A DNA stretch of 64,000 nt from Octopus sinensis (Eukaryota). A program made the translations under genes and the position numbers. This document shows, piece by piece, positions 63,835 to 64,000 of this stretch (position 1 is the first letter of the stretch; each line of letters opens with the position of its first letter). Below the pieces are notes generated by a model. It was given only the letters and a program-made list of their open reading frames with translations. It was not told the origin of the DNA and searched no databases. The DNA lies in contig NC_043002.1 in NCBI RefSeq assembly GCF_006345805.1, positions 74,958,001-75,022,000 on the forward strand, written 5' to 3'.

Positions 63835-63890
63835 ATGTATGTATATATATATATTATATATATATATATATATACACATACACATATCTG
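63745..63890. repeat. Compound (CA)n/(TG)n/(TA)n microsatellite leading into an A'-type SINE tail that runs off the window
   Basis: Read directly; CATGATGGTTGCAAATAAGCATC..AAAACATGTCTGGC follows. Confidence 0.85.
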
Positions 63891-64000
63891 CATGTATGAA
63901 TGTGTGTGTATTTGTCTCTACTTTTGCCATGATGGTTGCAAATAAGCATCATAGAAGTGGAGTTATTTCTTCCCAGTATTCCTTGAAAAACATGTCTGGC

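Overview
This window is AT-rich eukaryotic non-coding DNA, dense in SINEs and microsatellites. The SINE families and the (TA/CA/GA)n load look like an octopus (coleoid cephalopod) genome; this is recognition from memory, not a database result. No intact protein-coding gene is supported: the long ORFs in the track are microsatellite, SINE or antisense artefacts. Supported content: (1) dozens of tRNA-derived SINE copies from at least four modular families, including head-to-tail arrays; (2) decayed LINE fragments (one R4/Dong-type, three RTE-type); (3) DNA transposon remnants (Tc1 DD34E, hAT, a 795-bp mini-piggyBac, TTAA-flanked piggyBac-type MITEs, two mariner-type MITEs of which one is a 369-bp fold-back, and a hAT MITE); (4) a 32-bp minisatellite. 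The most interesting signals are a set of plus-strand splice elements: a recursive-splice-site-like (Y)n-ACAG|GTAAGT at 39844/39845 with a candidate 90-nt RS-exon, and short exon candidates at 28511-28550, 49120-49148 and 55674-55797. Together they suggest a very long intron of a plus-strand gene. The mini-piggyBac fuses the transposase N-terminus in frame to its C-terminal Cys-rich domain. SINE and LINE boundaries are approximate (tens of bp); TIR, TSD and splice coordinates were counted directly.
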